A stretch of DNA of 64,000 nucleotides. Origin: Candidatus Foliamicus sp. Its GTDB lineage: Bacteria; Pseudomonadota; Gammaproteobacteria; Steroidobacterales; Foliamicaceae. The number at the start of each line of letters is the position of its first letter. Position 1 is the stretch's first letter. The DNA is taken from assembly GCA_965221325.1 (NCBI GenBank), contig OZ244880.1. One strand, written 5' to 3'. Below the pieces are notes generated by a model. It saw only the letters and a program-made list of their open reading frames with translations, was not told the DNA's origin and searched no databases. This document shows positions 27,913 to 37,777 of the stretch, piece by piece. The position numbers were made by a program, and so were the translations under genes.

Positions 27913-30426
27913 TCAGAAGCTCCAGTCGATCTGAACGCCTACGGTGCGCAAGTCCTGCGGCGCCAGCATCAGGCCGTGGATGTTGAAATTGAAACCGGTG
28001 AAGCGCGTGAAGTTGGTGTTGCGGACAGCGCCCACCCAGGTGTCCTGCTCCAGGGCGTTGTTCACGTACAGTTCGACCCGCAGGTTGTCGCGCTCTACAC
28101 CGGCGCGCAGGTTGGCCAGCCAATAGCCGTCCAGCCTCGCCAGGTTGCCGCCGTTGCCGGCCCAGGTCTTGCCGTAGTGCATGAAGTCACCGCGCGCGAA
28201 GAAGTCCCAGTCGGCCGTTAGCGTGTCGGTGTAGCCTAGCGCCAGATTGCCCATCAGTTCGGGATAGCGTCCCGATTGGTTGCCGGCCAAATTGCGGCTT
28301 CCGGTGATGTCCTGGACGAAAGTGGCGGCGAATGTCGTGTATTCGTTGTCCTGCCAGGCGACATTGGCAGCCACGAACCAGTTGTCGCTCAATGTCCAGG
28401 AGCTTTCCAGTTCGATTCCCCAGAGGTTCGAATCACCCGGGAAATTGAATTCCAGCGTGCGGGGCTGTTGCTGCGGTCCGGCTATGCCGTCGCGCAGGGT
28501 GGGGTCCGGGTCGTCCTGGTAATAGACCACGAAGTTGTTGAACAATTGGGCGACCCACTCGTAGTAGTAAGCGGCTGCGTTGATCTGGCCGCGTCCACCG
28601 AGCAGCGACAGCTTCACGCCCAGTTCCAGCGCATCGAGTTCCTGCGTGGGGGTGGACTCACCGGCCTCGGGCGCCTTGCGCCGTATCTGGTCGTATTCCG
28701 ACTCCGTGCTCGGGAGCCCCGTGTCTCGGTCGATATAGGGCTCGATGAAAGCGTCGCGGGAGGCGTTGATGAGGTTGGTGTTGAGTACGCCGGGAAGTAC
28801 GCCGCGGGAGAAGCTGGCATAGACGTTTACGTCATCGCTGGGCTGCCAGCGCAGAATCACGCGCGGAACGAGCTCGTTGTAATCGGCTCCCAGGCCGCCA
28901 GTAATGCGCTGATCGGCCATGTATCGGGCTTCGAGGTCGAGCACGAATTGCTCTCCCATTGGCACACTGGCAGCGGCAAACACGCCACGGGTCTTTGCGG
29001 TCTCGCCCTGTGTTGGGGGCAAGGTAACGAACAGTGGGCCGAAGCAGCCTGCCGCTTCAGGGAAGAAACATGCTACAACCACGTCGCCGCCCACCCCCGA
29101 TAGCGCGATTTCCTGCTTGAAGTAGCTGGCGCCCACCAGCCAATTGATGCGGCTGTCGGGTGACGAACTCAGGCGCAATTCGGCGCCCCGGTCCTCGTTG
29201 CGCTGCGGGTCGGATGTCCAGAAAGCTTCGAAATCGGTCATATCGAAGTCGCGAATCCAATTCACGCCGTGGTCGTTATAGGAAGCCTTGAAGGAAAGCC
29301 CCATGCCGTTCCAGAGACCGTAGTCCAGTTCGATGCTGGAGCGAAATATCTCGCGGCTCATGCCCATGGTGCGGCGCTCCGGCACGCCGTCCAGCGTGGT
29401 GTTGTTGACCAGGTTTTCGACCAGCCAGTTCGAGCAATCCTCGGGGCAGCGCGTGGGGTGCGTTATGCGCGTGAAAATGGCCGGATAGAGCGATGTATTC
29501 ACCGAGATATCCGGTGCGCCGGGCTCGCCGGGAAGCGGGACTCTTCCACAAATGTACTGCAGCGGTGACAACGTAGCGATGTTGCCGTCGTTGTCCGGGC
29601 GCCTGATTGTGGTGCCGGTGCAGGTGTCGTAGTCCGAGCCGGGCAGGTAGGCCACGGCCGGCGGGCCATCGTCGTCTTCGTGGTGGAACAGACGCAGGCG
29701 GGCGCTGAAGTTGTCGCTGGGCGCCGCAAACAGCGTAAGGCTGGCTGATTGCGAGGTTTCTTCGCCCAATTCTCCGCCATCGTTGGCGATATACATGGCG
29801 CCCTTGTTGTAGTGGCTCAAGCCAAGCTGCCAGCCGAGTCGATCTTCCACCAGCGGACCGCCCATGCTGACGCCGACATTGGTCTGGTCGAACCAGCCCG
29901 CCGAGGCTCGCACCTTGCCGCCGAACTCCGTGAGGCTCGGATTGCGGGTCACGTAGTTGATCGCGCCCGAGAACGTGTTGCGCCCGAAGAACGCGGACTG
30001 CGGGCCCTTGATCACCTCCACCCGCTCCACGTCGAGCATGGGAATGGACTGCGAGCCGCCGGTCACGTAAACGCCATCGACGAACAAACCGGCCAACTGT
30101 TGGTGCGGCGAGCCGCGCGGCGGGGACATGCCGCGGAAGCGGATCACCGTGTTCTGCCGTCCGGGCCGGTTGCTGGCTATGTTGTCCTGGAACGACAAGC
30201 CCGTGGTCTGCATGGATATGTCGCCCAGGGTTTCCAGTCCCGCCCGGCTCAAGTCGTCGGCCGTGAACACCGTGATCGAAAGTGGTGCTTCGAGTAGCGA
30301 TTCGTCGCGCTTGCGCGCTGTAACGATGATTTCCTCAAGTTCCTGCGCGGCTGCGCCGAGCGGAACGCAGAGCGCGATGGCGGGCAAGAGAGCGCCAAGC
30401 TGGCGCCAACGAAGCTCAAGTTTCAT
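27913..30426 (-). CDS. TonB-dependent outer-membrane receptor
   Basis: It has a signal peptide, the TonB box/plug region (EEIIVTARKR...), beta-barrel repeats and a C-terminal aromatic residue (...IDWSF). Confidence 0.93.
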   Translation of the reverse strand: MKLELRWRQLGALLPAIALCVPLGAAAQELEEIIVTARKRDESLLEAPLSITVFTADDLSRAGLETLGDISMQTTGLSFQDNIASNRPGRQNTVIRFRGMSPPRGSPHQQLAGLFVDGVYVTGGSQSIPMLDVERVEVIKGPQSAFFGRNTFSGAINYVTRNPSLTEFGGKVRASAGWFDQTNVGVSMGGPLVEDRLGWQLGLSHYNKGAMYIANDGGELGEETSQSASLTLFAAPSDNFSARLRLFHHEDDDGPPAVAYLPGSDYDTCTGTTIRRPDNDGNIATLSPLQYICGRVPLPGEPGAPDISVNTSLYPAIFTRITHPTRCPEDCSNWLVENLVNNTTLDGVPERRTMGMSREIFRSSIELDYGLWNGMGLSFKASYNDHGVNWIRDFDMTDFEAFWTSDPQRNEDRGAELRLSSSPDSRINWLVGASYFKQEIALSGVGGDVVVACFFPEAAGCFGPLFVTLPPTQGETAKTRGVFAAASVPMGEQFVLDLEARYMADQRITGGLGADYNELVPRVILRWQPSDDVNVYASFSRGVLPGVLNTNLINASRDAFIEPYIDRDTGLPSTESEYDQIRRKAPEAGESTPTQELDALELGVKLSLLGGRGQINAAAYYYEWVAQLFNNFVVYYQDDPDPTLRDGIAGPQQQPRTLEFNFPGDSNLWGIELESSWTLSDNWFVAANVAWQDNEYTTFAATFVQDITGSRNLAGNQSGRYPELMGNLALGYTDTLTADWDFFARGDFMHYGKTWAGNGGNLARLDGYWLANLRAGVERDNLRVELYVNNALEQDTWVGAVRNTNFTRFTGFNFNIHGLMLAPQDLRTVGVQIDWSF

Positions 30427-30581
30427 TCAGTGTCCCCTTCAGATGCACAGCGTCAGAAACAGCGCGCGATATTAGCACGTGCCCGCCGGGCCCAATTCCG
30501 GCCGGGCCTCTTCACGCTACGGCTACTCTGTGCGCCTGCGATTGCATTTCAGGTGGCCGCGCCGTGTACACTGCCGGCGCG

Positions 30582-32228
30582 ATGAGCAAGCGCGAGAGCA
30601 TGGACTTCGACGCCGTCGTGGTGGGCGGCGGCCCCTGCGGACTGGCCGCTGCAATTCGAATGGCCCAGCTCGCGCAGGCGAACGGGCGGGAACTTAACAT
30701 CTGCCTGCTCGAAAAAGGCGCGGAGATAGGCGCGCATATCGTTTCGGGCGCGGTACTGGAGCCGCGCGCACTTGATGAGCTATTGCCTGACTGGCGGTCC
30801 CGGTGTGCGCAGCCGGTCACGCCGGTCACCAGCGACGATTTTCACTTTCTGCTCTCGCCGCGCCGCTCGGTGCGCCTGCCTAATTTCTTCATTCCGCAGC
30901 CGATGCGCAATCACGGCAACTTTGTGGTCAGCCTGGGCGCTTTGTGCCGCTCGCTTGGAGAACAGGCCGAGAGCCTGGGCGTGAATGTGTTTCCGGGTTA
31001 TGCGGCTGCCGAGGTCCTCTACGAAGACGGCCGCGTGGCAGGCGTTGCCACCGGTGAAATGGGACGCTCGCGCGATGGGGCGGAAAAAGCGGGTTACGAC
31101 GCGGGCATCGAGTTGCGGGCCCAGTACACGATCTTCGCCGAAGGTTGCCGCGGCAGCCTGGGTAAGGAGCTCATGGATCGCTATGCGTTGAGGAAGGATT
31201 CTGATCCCCAGCATTACGGGATAGGAATCAAGGAGATATGGCGTATACCTGAAGAGCGATATAAGCCAGGGGCCGTGATGCATACGCTCGGCTGGCCGCT
31301 GTCTCATGGAACCGAAGGCGGGGGTTTTCTTTACCATGCGCATGATGGGCTGGTCTATCTCGGGCTTATCGTGGCCCTGAACTACAGCAACCCGTATCTC
31401 GACCCTTTTGCCGAATTTCAGCGCTGGAAACATCATCCGCGCATACGCGAGGTCATTGAGGGCGGGGAACGCACTTCCTGGGGCGCGCGCGCGGTCAACA
31501 AGGGGGGGCTGCAGTCACTGCCCGAGCTGGCGTTTCCCGGCGGCCTGCTGGCCGGTTGCGAGGCCGGCTTCCTCAACGGGGTCAAGATCAAGGGAAATCA
31601 CACGGCCATGAAGACCGGCATGCTGGCGGCGGAGGCGGTATTCGAGGGTTTGTCTGGCGGCCAGCAGTCCGAGGTATTGCGGGACTACGAACGCTCCGTG
31701 CGGGGATCATGGGTACACGAGGAGTTGTGGCGGGCGCGCAACTTTGGTCCGGCGCAACACAAGTTCGGGCTGCTTGGGGGCTCGGCGTTTACCTGGCTGG
31801 ATCAGAACCTGTTTCGCGGGCGGCTGCCGTTTACCTTGCACAACCGCCTGCCGGATCATGCATCGTTGCGCCCGGCAGCGCGTTCGCGCCGCATCGAATA
31901 CCCCAAGCCCGACGGCAAGCTCAGCTTTGATCGCCTTTCGTCCGTCTATCTCTCGGCCACCAACCACGAAGAAGACCAACCCTGTCATCTCACGCTCGCG
32001 GATCCGGCGATTCCGATTCGGGACAATCTGCCCCGTTTCGACGAGCCCGCGCAGCGCTACTGTCCGGCTGCGGTCTATGAAGTGGCCCACGAAGGGGACG
32101 AACCACGTTTCGTGATCAACGCGCCCAACTGCATTCACTGCAAGACCTGCGACATCAAGGATCCCGCGCAGAACATCAACTGGATCACGCCGGAGGGCGG
32201 CGGCGGCCCCAATTACGCGGGTATGTAA
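30582..32228 (+). CDS. Electron transfer flavoprotein-ubiquinone oxidoreductase
   Basis: The FAD motif is DAVVVGGGPCGLAAA. The C-terminal 4Fe-4S region is NCIHCKTCDIKDP...PEGGGGPNY. Confidence 0.93.
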   Translation: MSKRESMDFDAVVVGGGPCGLAAAIRMAQLAQANGRELNICLLEKGAEIGAHIVSGAVLEPRALDELLPDWRSRCAQPVTPVTSDDFHFLLSPRRSVRLPNFFIPQPMRNHGNFVVSLGALCRSLGEQAESLGVNVFPGYAAAEVLYEDGRVAGVATGEMGRSRDGAEKAGYDAGIELRAQYTIFAEGCRGSLGKELMDRYALRKDSDPQHYGIGIKEIWRIPEERYKPGAVMHTLGWPLSHGTEGGGFLYHAHDGLVYLGLIVALNYSNPYLDPFAEFQRWKHHPRIREVIEGGERTSWGARAVNKGGLQSLPELAFPGGLLAGCEAGFLNGVKIKGNHTAMKTGMLAAEAVFEGLSGGQQSEVLRDYERSVRGSWVHEELWRARNFGPAQHKFGLLGGSAFTWLDQNLFRGRLPFTLHNRLPDHASLRPAARSRRIEYPKPDGKLSFDRLSSVYLSATNHEEDQPCHLTLADPAIPIRDNLPRFDEPAQRYCPAAVYEVAHEGDEPRFVINAPNCIHCKTCDIKDPAQNINWITPEGGGGPNYAGM

Positions 32229-32283
32229 TTCAACTGTTTTCCCGGCTTCCGGCCCGGTTGCAAATCCACCGGAGGCACAGGCC

Positions 32284-33459
32284 TCAAGCCACCTCTACCG
32301 CAACGGCTACTGCCTCGCCGCCGCCGATGCAGAGGGCGGCCACGCCGCGGCCGCCGCCGCGCGCCCGCAGCGCATGAATCAGCGTCACAAGAATCCGGGC
32401 GCCGCTTGCGCCGATGGGGTGGCCAAGCGCGCAAGCCCCGCCGCGCGGGTTGACCCTGTCCGGCGCGAGCCCAAGGTCGCGCATTGCCGCCATCGTGACG
32501 CAGGCAAAGGCTTCGTTGATCTCGAACAGGTCAACTTGGCCGGCCTTCCAGCCGGCTTTCTCCAGGCACTTGGCAATCGCCGGCCCGGGCGCCGTGGTAA
32601 ACCACTCGGGCGCCTGGGCGTGAGAGGCATGGACTACCACGCGCGCCAATTGTTCTATGCCGAGTTCTGCGGCGCGCCCTGCACTCATCAGCAGCAGAGC
32701 CGCGCCGCCGTCGGAGATCGACGAGCTGGAGGCCGCGGTAACCGTGCCATCCTTTGCGAAAGCGGGACGCATGGCCGGAATCCGCTCCAGGTCGCAGCGC
32801 GCCGGCTCTTCATCTTCGCGAACTTCCACCGTCCTGCCGCGGCGCGCGAACGTAACAGGCGTGATCTCGCTGGCGAAAGCGGATGCCGAACTTCGCGCCC
32901 GCTGCACCGATTCGATCGCGAATGCGTCCTGCTCTTCGCGCGTGAAACCATAGCGCCGCGCAGTCTGTTCGGCGAAGTGGCCCATCATCTCGCCGTCATA
33001 CGGATTTTGCAGGCCATCGAGAAACATATGATCCCGCAGTTGCTTGTGGCCCATGCGCAGTCCTCCCCGCGCCTTCTCGACCAGGTACGGCGCATTGGAC
33101 ATCGATTCCATGCCTCCGGCCACAACCGCCATGCCGGGATCGGCCAAGATTCGGTCGTGCGCCAGCATCACCGAGTAAAGGCCCGAGCCGCAGACCTTGC
33201 TGATGGTTGCACAGGGCGTGCCGGGGAGCAGGCCGGCTGCCAGCGCTGCCTGGCGCGCCGGGGCCTGTCCGAGGCCAGCCGGCAGCACACAGCCCATGAG
33301 TACCTCGCTGATTTCTTCCGGGGGGTGCTGGGCGTCGTTCAGGCAGGCTTGAATCGCGGCGCTGCCCAATTCAGTGGCCGCGGCAGGTGTTAAAGAGCCC
33401 AGCATGGCTCCGATCGGTGTGCGCCTGGCGGCGGCGACGATGATCTGCGTATCGGACAT
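32284..33459 (-). CDS. Acetyl-CoA C-acetyltransferase (thiolase II)
   Basis: It has the active-site Cys context ISKVCGSG and the C-terminal motifs NPRGGACALGHPIGASG and LCIGGGEAVA. Confidence 0.93.
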   Translation of the reverse strand: MSDTQIIVAAARRTPIGAMLGSLTPAAATELGSAAIQACLNDAQHPPEEISEVLMGCVLPAGLGQAPARQAALAAGLLPGTPCATISKVCGSGLYSVMLAHDRILADPGMAVVAGGMESMSNAPYLVEKARGGLRMGHKQLRDHMFLDGLQNPYDGEMMGHFAEQTARRYGFTREEQDAFAIESVQRARSSASAFASEITPVTFARRGRTVEVREDEEPARCDLERIPAMRPAFAKDGTVTAASSSSISDGGAALLLMSAGRAAELGIEQLARVVVHASHAQAPEWFTTAPGPAIAKCLEKAGWKAGQVDLFEINEAFACVTMAAMRDLGLAPDRVNPRGGACALGHPIGASGARILVTLIHALRARGGGRGVAALCIGGGEAVAVAVEVA

Positions 33460-33540
33460 AGGTTTGCGTAGCGTATTGGTGCACAAGTGGCGTTGCCTTT
33501 ATGTTATTTTGGCGCCTGGCAAAAAGGTAGGCAGGGGACC

Positions 33541-34335
33541 ATGAAGCGACTCGGTATCAGGACTTTAAGAGCACCTTCAATCGCTTTGCTGGCATTGGGG
33601 TTTGCGCTATGGGCGCCAGCCCCGGCCGCGGATCAGCGCGTCAGCGAAATGCTGGCGCTGCAACAGGACGCTACGGCCGCCGATCGGCGGGCGCAGAGCG
33701 AAATAAACGATCTTGCGGACGAAACCCAGGAGGCGATAGGCGAATATCGGGTGCGCTTGCAGGAACTCGACCGCGTGCGGCGCTACAACGATAATCTGCA
33801 GCGCACCGTCGATGATCAGGAGCGCGAAAAGACATCGCTGACGCGCCAGATCGACGAATTCGGCAGTCTGGAGCAGGGCATCGTGCCGCTGCTGATGGAC
33901 ATGATCAACGACCTGGAACGGTTTATCGAGCTCGATATGCCCTTTCAGATCGAGCCGCGGCGCAGCCGTGTCACCTTACTGCGCGACCTGATGGACCGGG
34001 CCGATATCAGCATCGCGGAAAAGTACCGCAACGTTATGGGCGTTTTCCAGGAAGAAGCTTCCATTGGACGCAACATCGAAGCATATTCCGGTGAATTGGA
34101 AATCGGCGGAGTTAAGCGGCAAGTCGATTTCCTGCGCGTCGGCCGCGTGCTGCTGGCCTATCAGACGCCCGACCGCGAGGAGATGGGCTACTGGGACACA
34201 CAGCAGCGGCAGTGGCGCGAGCTCGATAGCGGCTACCGCGGGCCTTTGACGCTCGGTATACGGGTGGCCCGAAGACTGGCGCCGCCGGACATTCTTACGC
34301 TACCGATCGCTGCCCCGCGTGGAGAGAGCACATGA
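33541..34335 (+). CDS. DUF3450-domain periplasmic protein (TtpB-like, first gene of the TonB2-type cluster)
   Basis: It has a signal peptide and a coiled coil. Its position before a large MotA/TolQ/ExbB protein matches Vibrio-type TonB2 loci. Confidence 0.8.
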   Translation: MKRLGIRTLRAPSIALLALGFALWAPAPAADQRVSEMLALQQDATAADRRAQSEINDLADETQEAIGEYRVRLQELDRVRRYNDNLQRTVDDQEREKTSLTRQIDEFGSLEQGIVPLLMDMINDLERFIELDMPFQIEPRRSRVTLLRDLMDRADISIAEKYRNVMGVFQEEASIGRNIEAYSGELEIGGVKRQVDFLRVGRVLLAYQTPDREEMGYWDTQQRQWRELDSGYRGPLTLGIRVARRLAPPDILTLPIAAPRGEST

Positions 34336-35714
34336 GCCGGCTGGCCCCGCTGGCGGCACTTGCGGCGCTGACCCTAAGTTCGGCGCTGGCCCAGGAAGAT
34401 CCGCAGCCTGCCGCATCCGAGCAGCCGGCGAGCACGGTGCTCGAGCTTCTTGAGCTGGTGCGCGTGGAAGCACGCGAAGGCTCGCGCATGAACCGGGAGC
34501 GCGTGGAGCAATTTCGGCGGGCGCGAAACGAGCGCCAGCGCATGCTCGAAGAGGTTTCTCGGGACCTGGCGGCCGAGAATCGCCGTGGCGAGACACTCAA
34601 CCAGCGCTTCGAGCGCAATGAAACCAGTCTGGCGGACCTGGAGGAAAGGCTGCGAATCCGGATCGGCAACTTCGGCGAGTTGTTCGGCGTGGTGCGTGAT
34701 GTGGCCGGAAATACCTTCGGCGAAGTAGTGACTTCCCTGGCCTCGGCCCAGTACCCCGACCGTACCGAAAGGATTGACGACATGATGCAGACCGACGAGT
34801 TGCCGAGCCTGGAAGATCTGCGCGGGCTGCAACTGCTGCTGCTGGAGGAGATGGCCGAATCCGGACAGGTGGTGCGCTTCAATGCCGAGATCACCGATCC
34901 CTCGGGGCAGACATCGGTAGGAGAAGTCATTCGCGTAGGCGCCTTCAATCTGGTGCACGACGGGAAGTTTCTGACCCGCGATCTTGCCAGCGGAACCTTG
35001 CGGATCCTTCCGCGCCAGCCGGCCGGGCGTTTTCTCGCCATGGCCGAGGACCTGGACGCGGCCACGTCAGGTGTGGTGGACATGGCGGTCGACCCTTCCC
35101 GCGGCCAGCTCCTCAGCTTGCTGATCCAGGCGCCGGGACTCGGCGAGCGGATTCAGCAGGGCGGTTATGTCGGCTACACGATTATCGGCATGGGCGTGAT
35201 CGGGCTGCTGATCGCGGTGTGGCGGCTGGTCTTTCTGCAGGGGGCGGGGCGCCGCATACGGGCGCAACTGCAGAATTCGCGCGCCAATGGGGACAATGCG
35301 CTCGGCCGCATCATGGCGGTCTATGAGCAGCACCAGACAGGCAACCTGGAGGCGCTGGCGCTCAAGCTGGACGAGGCGATCATGCGCGAATCGCCGATTC
35401 TCGAGCGCTACCAGAACATATTGAAGGTGTTTGCAGCGGTGGCCCCGCTGCTCGGACTGCTGGGCACGGTGGTAGGCATGATCATTACCTTCCAGCAGCT
35501 CACACTGTTCGGCACCGGCGACCCCAAGCTGATGGCCGGCGGAATCTCTCAGGCACTGATCACCACGGTGCTGGGATTGATAGTGGCGATACCGCTGGTG
35601 CTCCTGCATAGCGTGGTGTCCAGCTCCAGTCAGGGCTTGGTCGAGATTCTCGAAGAGCAGAGCGCCGGTCTGATCGCGCGCCGGGCCGAAGAAGAGACAG
35701 TCGCGCCAGCGTAG
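34332..35714 (+). CDS. MotA/TolQ/ExbB proton-channel family protein with a long periplasmic N-domain (TtpC-like)
   Basis: It is 460 aa. The C-terminal three-TM channel motif is APLLGLLGTVVGMIITFQ...GISQALITTVLGL. Confidence 0.85.
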   Translation: MSRLAPLAALAALTLSSALAQEDPQPAASEQPASTVLELLELVRVEAREGSRMNRERVEQFRRARNERQRMLEEVSRDLAAENRRGETLNQRFERNETSLADLEERLRIRIGNFGELFGVVRDVAGNTFGEVVTSLASAQYPDRTERIDDMMQTDELPSLEDLRGLQLLLLEEMAESGQVVRFNAEITDPSGQTSVGEVIRVGAFNLVHDGKFLTRDLASGTLRILPRQPAGRFLAMAEDLDAATSGVVDMAVDPSRGQLLSLLIQAPGLGERIQQGGYVGYTIIGMGVIGLLIAVWRLVFLQGAGRRIRAQLQNSRANGDNALGRIMAVYEQHQTGNLEALALKLDEAIMRESPILERYQNILKVFAAVAPLLGLLGTVVGMIITFQQLTLFGTGDPKLMAGGISQALITTVLGLIVAIPLVLLHSVVSSSSQGLVEILEEQSAGLIARRAEEETVAPA

Positions 35715-35751
35715 GCGGCTGCCTGGGCATTTACTGGCCGCTTACGCCGCT

Positions 35752-36300
35752 ATGTTCCTGACGGAAGCCTGGGTTTTGATCCGCAGCTTTTTCGAGCTGG
35801 GCGGCCCGGTGCTCTACGGCATCCTGGCCACGACCATCGTGATGTGGACCCTGATCGTGGAACGGCTCTGGTATTTTTTCGGAATCCTGCCAGGCGAGAT
35901 GCATAAGGCGCGCGAGGTTTGGGAAAGCGGCCGGCGCGACGGCTCCTGGCTTTCCATCAAGCTGCGCCGTCTCATCCTCTCGGAAGTAGGCGTGAGCGCG
36001 CGCCGCAATCTGGCGCTGATCCAGACCCTCATTCAGGCACTGCCGCTGCTGGGGTTGCTGGGTACCGTGTGGGGCATGGTGCAGGTTTTCGAGATCATGA
36101 CAGTGTTCGGCACCGGCAATGCACGCCTGATGGCCGGCGGCGTATCGCAAGCGACGATCCCCACCATGTCGGGACTTGTGGCGGCGCTCTCCGGGCTGTA
36201 TCTGTCGGCGTGGCTCAAGCAGCGCGCCAAGACCAAGATGGACGAGCTCGAAGATGCACTGCAAATGCGCTTTGAGCAAGCGCCGCAAGCAGGCCAATGA
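35752..36300 (+). CDS. exbB: Biopolymer transport protein ExbB
   Basis: It is 182 aa with the channel motif LPLLGLLGTVWGMVQVF...GGVSQATIPTMSGL. Confidence 0.9.
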   Translation: MFLTEAWVLIRSFFELGGPVLYGILATTIVMWTLIVERLWYFFGILPGEMHKAREVWESGRRDGSWLSIKLRRLILSEVGVSARRNLALIQTLIQALPLLGLLGTVWGMVQVFEIMTVFGTGNARLMAGGVSQATIPTMSGLVAALSGLYLSAWLKQRAKTKMDELEDALQMRFEQAPQAGQ

Positions 36301-36710
36301 TCGAACGCAAGCGCCGCAAGCGGTCCGCAGAGGAGGCCGCAATCAACATCACGCCGATGCTGGACATCGTGTTCATCATGCTGATCTTCTTTATCGTAAC
36401 TACCTCCTTCGTCAAGGAGTTGGGCGTCGATCTCGACCGCCCTTCCAACGCGCCGGTGAAGGAGCAGAAACGCTCCGAGGTGATCCCGGTGCGTCTTGAT
36501 GCCGACGGCCAGATATTCGTCGAGGACCGGCTGGTGGTGAGCATGGGAGCGGTGCGCGCCAACATCGTGTCCGCGCTGGCTGCCAAGCCCAACGCCACCG
36601 TGGTGGTGATTGCCGACCGAAACGCGGATTCCGGCTTGCTCGTCTTGGTTGTGGATCAGGCCAGGGTAGCCGGCGCCGAAAAAGTTTCGCTCGCGGCTGC
36701 GGCGCGCTAG
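36297..36710 (+). CDS. exbD: Biopolymer transport protein ExbD (paralog 1)
   Basis: The N-terminus with its TM segment reads INITPMLDIVFIMLIFFIVTTSF, followed by a periplasmic domain. Total length is 137 aa. Confidence 0.9.
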   Translation: MIERKRRKRSAEEAAINITPMLDIVFIMLIFFIVTTSFVKELGVDLDRPSNAPVKEQKRSEVIPVRLDADGQIFVEDRLVVSMGAVRANIVSALAAKPNATVVVIADRNADSGLLVLVVDQARVAGAEKVSLAAAAR

Positions 36711-36722
36711 GGTACTGGGGAA

Positions 36723-37136
36723 ATGCCGCAAATTCGCAGACGCAAGCAGGAAGACGAAGGCGAGATCAACATCACGCCGATGCTCGACATCGTCTTCATC
36801 ATGTTGATATTCTTCATCGTAACCACTTCCTTCGTGAAGGAGCCCGGCATCAATCCGTTGCGCCCGTACGCCGATACCGCCGCCACCAAGGAGCGGGGTA
36901 ATATCATGATTGCGGTATCGAATTCCGACCAAATCTGGATGAACAAGAACCGGGTGGAATTGCAGGGCGTTCGCCCGCTCGTCGAGGCGGCGCGCGCCGA
37001 GAACCCCGAGAGCAGCGTCATTATCGTGGCCGACGTGAGAGCGTCCACAGGCACCGTGATTGACTTGATGGATCAGGTCCGGGCCGCGGGCATAACCAGC
37101 ATTGCGCTGGCGGCAGAAGGCGGGCAGGGGCTGTGA
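36723..37136 (+). CDS. exbD: Biopolymer transport protein ExbD (paralog 2)
   Basis: It has the same 26-aa N-terminal/TM segment as paralog 1 and a diverged periplasmic domain. Total length is 137 aa. Confidence 0.9.
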   Translation: MPQIRRRKQEDEGEINITPMLDIVFIMLIFFIVTTSFVKEPGINPLRPYADTAATKERGNIMIAVSNSDQIWMNKNRVELQGVRPLVEAARAENPESSVIIVADVRASTGTVIDLMDQVRAAGITSIALAAEGGQGL

Positions 37137-37777
37137 GGCCCATGAATTCGCCGCTGCGCATGGCGCTGTCGACCGGCGCGGGCGTGCTGGTCGCGCTGCT
37201 CCTGTTCCTGTTCATGAACCTGCTGATAAGCGGGGGCAGGGGCCAGCAAGGCACCGCCAGCGCCGGGCAGATCGTGGACCTGATACGGATTCAGGAAGAA
37301 GAGGTGGTGCAAACCAAGCGGCGCGTCCGCCCCAAGAAACCGCCGCCGCCCAAAGATCCGCCGCCGCCGCCCAAGCTGACCGTGTCCGAAGAGCCCAAGC
37401 CGCAGCAGAACCGGATGCGTATCGACCTGCCGGATATCGACATCTCGGGAGCCGCAGGGGGCGGCCCTTTCATCGGCAAATGGGAGCCTGGCGACCCAGC
37501 GGCCGAAGGGGAAGCCATTCCTATCGTGCGCATCGACCCGCAGTATCCGCGCGAAGCGCTCATGGACGGCACGGAGGGCTACGTCCGATTTCGGGTGCTT
37601 ATCGGAGTCGACGGCAGCGTAATCGATACTGAAGTCGTTGAAGCCGCTCCGGGACGCGTGTTCGTACGCAACGCCACGCGCGCGGTGCGCCGCTGGAAAT
37701 TCAAGCCGCGCGTGGTTAACGGCACTGCAGTGGAGCGCTGGGCCGCCACTACGATTGTTTTCGATCTGGAGGACTGA
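37133..37777 (+). CDS. tonB: Energy transducer TonB
   Basis: It has an N-terminal TM segment, a Pro-rich spacer (KKPPPPKDPPPPPK) and the C-terminal TonB domain (PQYPREALMDGTEGYV...). The start is either the GTG at 37133 or the ATG at 37142. Confidence 0.87.
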   Translation: MRPMNSPLRMALSTGAGVLVALLLFLFMNLLISGGRGQQGTASAGQIVDLIRIQEEEVVQTKRRVRPKKPPPPKDPPPPPKLTVSEEPKPQQNRMRIDLPDIDISGAAGGGPFIGKWEPGDPAAEGEAIPIVRIDPQYPREALMDGTEGYVRFRVLIGVDGSVIDTEVVEAAPGRVFVRNATRAVRRWKFKPRVVNGTAVERWAATTIVFDLED

